DNA of 64,000 nucleotides from Eledone cirrhosa (lineage: Eukaryota), in contig OZ024753.1 of NCBI GenBank assembly GCA_964016885.1, forward strand, positions 26,598,001 through 26,662,000, written 5' to 3'. Within the stretch, counting starts at the first letter, position 1. Every line of letters begins with the position of its first letter. The position numbers and the translations under genes are program-made. Below, in pieces: positions 60,281 to 64,000 of the stretch. Below the pieces are notes generated by a model. The model ran no database searches. It saw nothing but the letters and a program-made list of their open reading frames with translations, and was not told the DNA's origin.

Positions 60281-63200
60281 GGTTACGGTTAGGGTTACGG
60301 TTTGTGTTTGGGTTAGGTTTATGGTTAGGGTTAGGGTTAGGGTTTGGGTTAGGGTTAGGGATAGGGTTACTGTTAAGGGTAGGGTTATGTTTAGGGTTAG
60401 GGTTAGGGTTTGGGTTAGGGTTACGGTTGGGGTTGGGGTTTGAGTTGGGGTTAGCTTAGGTGACAGGGTTGGGGTTAGAATTATGGTTAGGGTTATGGTT
60501 TGGGTTAGGGTTAGGGTTAGACTTAGGGTCAGGGTTTGTGTTAGGGTTTCGGTTAGGGTTAGTGTTACTGTTAGGGTTAGGGTTAGTGTTAGGGTTAGTG
60601 TTAGGGTTTGGATTAGGGTTAGGGTTAGGATAAAGGTTAGGGTTTGGGTTAGGGTTAGGGCTTGGGTTTGATCTCGGGTTAGGGTTAGGGTTAGGGTTAG
60701 GGTTAAGGTTTGGGTTAGGGTGTGCGTTAGGGTTAGTGTTAGGGTTAGTGTTAGGGTTAGGGTTAGGGTTAGGGTTTGGTTTAGGGTTAGGGCTAGTGTT
60801 AGGGTTAGGTTTAGTGTTTGGGTTAGCGTTTGGGTTACGGTTATTGTTTGGGTTAGTGTTAGGGTTAGCGTTAGTGTTAGGGTTAAGGTTAGGGTTATTG
60901 TTGGTGTTTGGGTTTGGGTTAGGTTTTGTGTTTGGGTTAGGGTTAGCGATAGGGTTAGGGTTAGGGTTAGGGGTAGGGTTGGGGTTAGGGTTAGGGTTAG
61001 GGTTGGGGTTGCGGTTAGGGTTAGGGTTAGGGTTGGGGTTGGGGTTAGCGTTAGGGTTAGGGTTAGGGTTTGTGTTAGGGTTTGGGTTAGTGTTAGGTTT
61101 ATGTTTAGGGTTATTGTTTGTTAGGGCTCGGGTTAGGATTAGGGTTATGGTTAGGATTAGGGTTTCGGTTAGGATTTGGGTTAGGGTTATTGTTAGTGTT
61201 ACTGCTAGAGTTAGGGTTTGGGTTTGGGTTAGGGTTTGGGTTAGGGTTACGGTTAGTGTTTGGGTTAGTGTTAGGTTTAGAGTTTGTGTTAGGGTTAGTG
61301 TTAGGGTTAGGTTTAGGTTTAGGGTTAGGGTTGTGTTTAGGGTTACGGTTAGGGTTACGGTTTGGGTTTGGGTTAGGTTTAGGGTTAGGGTTAGGGTTAG
61401 GGTTAGGGTTTCGGTTAGGGTTAGGGTTACGGTTGGGGTTTGGGTACGGGTTGGGGTTCGAGTTAGCGTTGGTGATAGGTTTGAGGTTAGAGTTAGGTTT
61501 AGGGTTATGGTTAGGGTTTGGGTTAGAGTTGGGGTTACGGTTAGGGTTAGGGTTTGGGTTAGGGTTATGTTAGGGTTAGGGTTAGGTTTAGTGTTATTGT
61601 TTATGTTAGGGTTTGGGTTAGGATTTGGGTTAGGGTTATTGTTAGTGTTACTGCTAGGGTTAGGGTTTGGGTTTGGGTTAGGGTTTGGGTCAGGGTTAGG
61701 GTTACGGTTAGTGTTTGGGTTAATGTTAGGGTTAGAGTTAGGGTTAGTGTTAGGGTTAGGGTTAGGGTTAGGGTTACGTTTCCGGTTGGGATTAGCGTTG
61801 GGGATAGGTTTAGGGTTAGGGTAGGTTAGGTTTAGGGTTAGTGTTAGGGTTAGTGTTTGAGTTGGGGTTGGGGTGGGGTTGGTGTGCGTGTTAAGGTTGG
61901 GGTTAGTGTTTGGGTTAGGGTTAGTGTTATGGGTAGGGTTAGGGTTGCGGTTGCAGTTGTGGTTGGGGTTGGGGCTAGCGTTGGGTATAGGGTTGGGGTT
62001 AGAGTTAGGGTTAGAGTTACGGTTGGGGTTAGAGTTAGCGTTGGGGTTAGGTTTAGGGTTAGCGTTGGGGTTAGGGTTAGGGTTAGCGTTGGGGTTAGGG
62101 TTAGGGTTAGAGTTATCGTTTGGGCTAGGGTTAGGGTTAGGTGTAGCTTTAGGGTTATGGTTTTGGGTTAGGGTTAGGGTGAGTGTTCGGGTTCGGATCA
62201 GGGTTACGGTTAGGTTTAGGGTTAGTGTTAAGATTTGGGTTAGGGTGTGCGTTAGGGTTAGGTTTTGGGTTAGGGTTATTGTTAGTGTTACTGTTAGGGT
62301 TAGGGTTTGGGTTAGGGTTAGGGTTTGGGTTAGGCTTAGTTTTAGGGTTAGGTTTATGGTTAGCGTTAGGGTTTGTGTTAGGGTTAGGGCTAGGGTTACT
62401 GTTAAGGGTAGGGTTATTGTTAGTGTTACTGCTAGGGTTAGGGTTTGGGTTTGGGTTAGGGTTTGGGTTAGGTTTACGGTTACGGTTAGTGTTTGGGTTA
62501 TTATTAGGGTTAGATTTTGTGTTAGACTTAGGGTTAGGTTTCCGGTTGGGGTTGCGGTTGGGATTAGCGTTGGGGATAGTGTTAGGGTTAGGGTCAGTGT
62601 TAGGGTTAGGTTTAGGGTTAGGGTTAGTGTTATGTTTAGGGTTACGTTTAGGGTTACGGTTACTGTTTGGGTTTGGGTTAGGTTTAGGTTTAGGGTTAGG
62701 GTTAGGGTTAGGGTTAGGGTTTGGGTTAGGATTTGGGTTAGGGTAATTGTTAGTGTTACTGTTAGGGTTAGGGTTTGGGTTAGGGTTAGGGTTTGGGTTA
62801 GGCTTAGTTTTAGGGTTAGGTTTATGGTTAGGGTTAGGGTTTGCGTTAGGTTCAGGGTTACGGTTAGGGTTACGGTTTGTGTTTGGGTTTGGTTTAGGGT
62901 TAGGGTTAGGGTTTGGGTTAGGGTTAGGGCTAGGGTTACTGTTAAGGGTAGGGTTATTGTTAGTGTTACTGCTAGGGTTTGGGTTAGGGTTTGGGTTAGG
63001 TTTACGGTTACGGTTAGTGTTTGGGTTATTATTAGTGTTAGAGTTTGTGTTAGATTTAGGGTTAGGTTTCCGGTTGGGGTTGCGGTTGGGATTAGCGTTG
63101 GGGATAGTGTTAGGGTTAGGGTCAGTGTTAGGGTTAGGGTCAGTGTTAGGGTTAGGTTTAAGGTTAGGGATAAGGTTATGTTTAGGGTTACGGTTAGGGT

Positions 63201-64000
63201 TACGGTTTGGGTTTGGGTTAGGTTTAGGTTTAGGGTTAGGGTTATGGTTATGGTTAGGGTTAGGGTTAGGGTTAGGGTTTGGGTTAGCGTTCGAGTTAGG
63301 GTTAAGGTTAGGTTTGGGGTTTGGTTTAGGGTTAGGGCTAGCGTTAGGGTTAGGTTTAGGGTTTGGGTTAGGGTTTGGGTTAGGTTTACGGTTAGTGTTT
63401 GGGTTAGTTTTAGGGTTAGCGTGAGGGTTACGGATAGGGTTAGGGTTTGGGTTAGGATTTGGGTTAGGGTTATTGTTAGTGTTACTGCTAGGGTTAGGGT
63501 TTGGGTTTGGGTTAGGGTTACGGTTAGTGTTTGGGTTAGTTTTAGGGTTAGCGTTAGGGTTACGGATAGGGTTAGGGTTTGGGTTAGGGTAATTGTTAGT
63601 ATTACTGTTAGGGTTAGGGTTTGGGTTAGGGTTAGTGTTTGGGTTTGGGTTAGGGTCTGGTTTAGGTTTACGTTTACGGTTAGTGTTTGGGTTATTATTA
63701 GCGTTAGAGTTTGTGTTAGGGTTAGGGTTAGGTTTCCGGTTGGGGTTGCGGTTGGGATTAGCGTTGGGGATAGTGTTAGGGTTAGGGTCAGTGTTAGGGT
63801 TAGGTTTAGGATTAGGGTTAGGGTTATGTTTAGGGTTACGGTTAGGGTTACGGTTTGGGTTTGGGTTTGGGTTAGGTTTAGGGTTAGGGTTAGGGTTATG
63901 GATAGGGTTAGGGTTTGGGTTAGAATTTGGGTTAGGGTTATTGTTAGTGTTACTGTTAGGGTTAGGGTTTGGGTTTGTGTTAGGGTTTGGGTTAAGTTAG

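Larger units (their letters stand above)
1..64000 (+). repeat. Degenerate (TTAGGG)n telomere-like hexamer array / telomere-derived satellite, G-rich strand on +
   Basis: 6-bp periodicity throughout. TTAGGG is the most common unit, mixed with 1-2-substitution variants. No CCCTAA-oriented tract and no non-repeat sequence seen. The array runs off both ends of the window. Confidence 0.98.
55466..64000 (+). repeat. Expanded copy 2 of the 14.6-kb unit (truncated by window end)
   Basis: Constant offset 17195 for ORFs 43288/60483, 43525/60720, 43923/61118, 44662/61857, 44988/62183, 45552/62747, 46398/63593. Confidence 0.88.

Noticed and set aside
1461-63775. Recurring ~30-bp motif as a CRISPR direct repeat
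   Set aside because: Spacing is hundreds to thousands of bases, the intervening DNA is the same hexamer repeat rather than unique spacers, and there are no cas genes.
23-64000. All ORFs in the six-frame track (poly-VR, poly-GL, poly-LT, poly-PN; up to 810 aa) as protein-coding genes
   Set aside because: (TTAGGG)n is stop-free in two of three frames on each strand. The translations are dipeptide repeats with no domain, and many start at GTG/TTG.
1-64000. Functional terminal telomere tract made by telomerase
   Set aside because: No long perfect TTAGGG tract, and the variant order is duplicated over kilobases.
1-64000. Variants as nanopore base-calling noise on a pure telomere
   Set aside because: The same complex variant order recurs almost exactly at 8368, 1537 and 17195 offsets, which random error would not produce. 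Collapse or false duplication of some units is still possible.
1-64000. Plant-type TTTAGGG or ciliate TTGGGG telomere
   Set aside because: TTTAGGG strings arise mostly from TTAGGT+TTAGGG in 6-bp phase, and TTGGGG is a minority variant. The base period is 6 with a TTAGGG consensus.
1-64000. Herpesvirus telomeric repeat region (HHV-6/MDV) or telomere-targeted retrotransposon array
   Set aside because: Far longer than viral telomeric repeat tracts, and no viral, RT, endonuclease or poly(A) sequence was seen.

Overview
The whole 64 kb window is one uninterrupted, single-orientation array of degenerate telomere-type hexamers. The G-rich strand is +, with TTAGGG interspersed with TTTGGG, TTAGTG, TTAGGT, TTACGG, TTAGCG, TTGGGG, TTATGG, TTAGAG and TTAGGA. 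I found no genes, RNA genes, mobile elements or unique sequence; all listed ORFs are a by-product of (TTAGGG)n being stop-free in most frames (poly-VR, poly-GL, poly-LT, poly-PN). The array is not telomerase-like: the longest perfect runs I saw are 7-8 units, and the variant pattern is copied in nested higher-order repeats (HORs). Left block (1-~18.3 kb): A-A-B-A-B structure with a near-identical 8,368-bp tandem duplication. Middle block (~18.3-32.5 kb): older, scrambled and diverged. Right block (~32.5-64 kb): built on a ~770-bp monomer, with 354/636/851/1,537/1,596/2,233-bp duplications nested inside a 14.6-17.2-kb duplication. Several differences between sister copies are multi-base swaps of one variant motif for another, suggesting micro gene conversion or template switching. 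Best reading: a telomere-derived, recombination-maintained HOR satellite (subtelomeric, interstitial or (peri)centromeric) from a eukaryote with TTAGGG telomeres. The organism cannot be identified from this window. Offsets come from manual comparison and the ORF track; boundaries are approximate.
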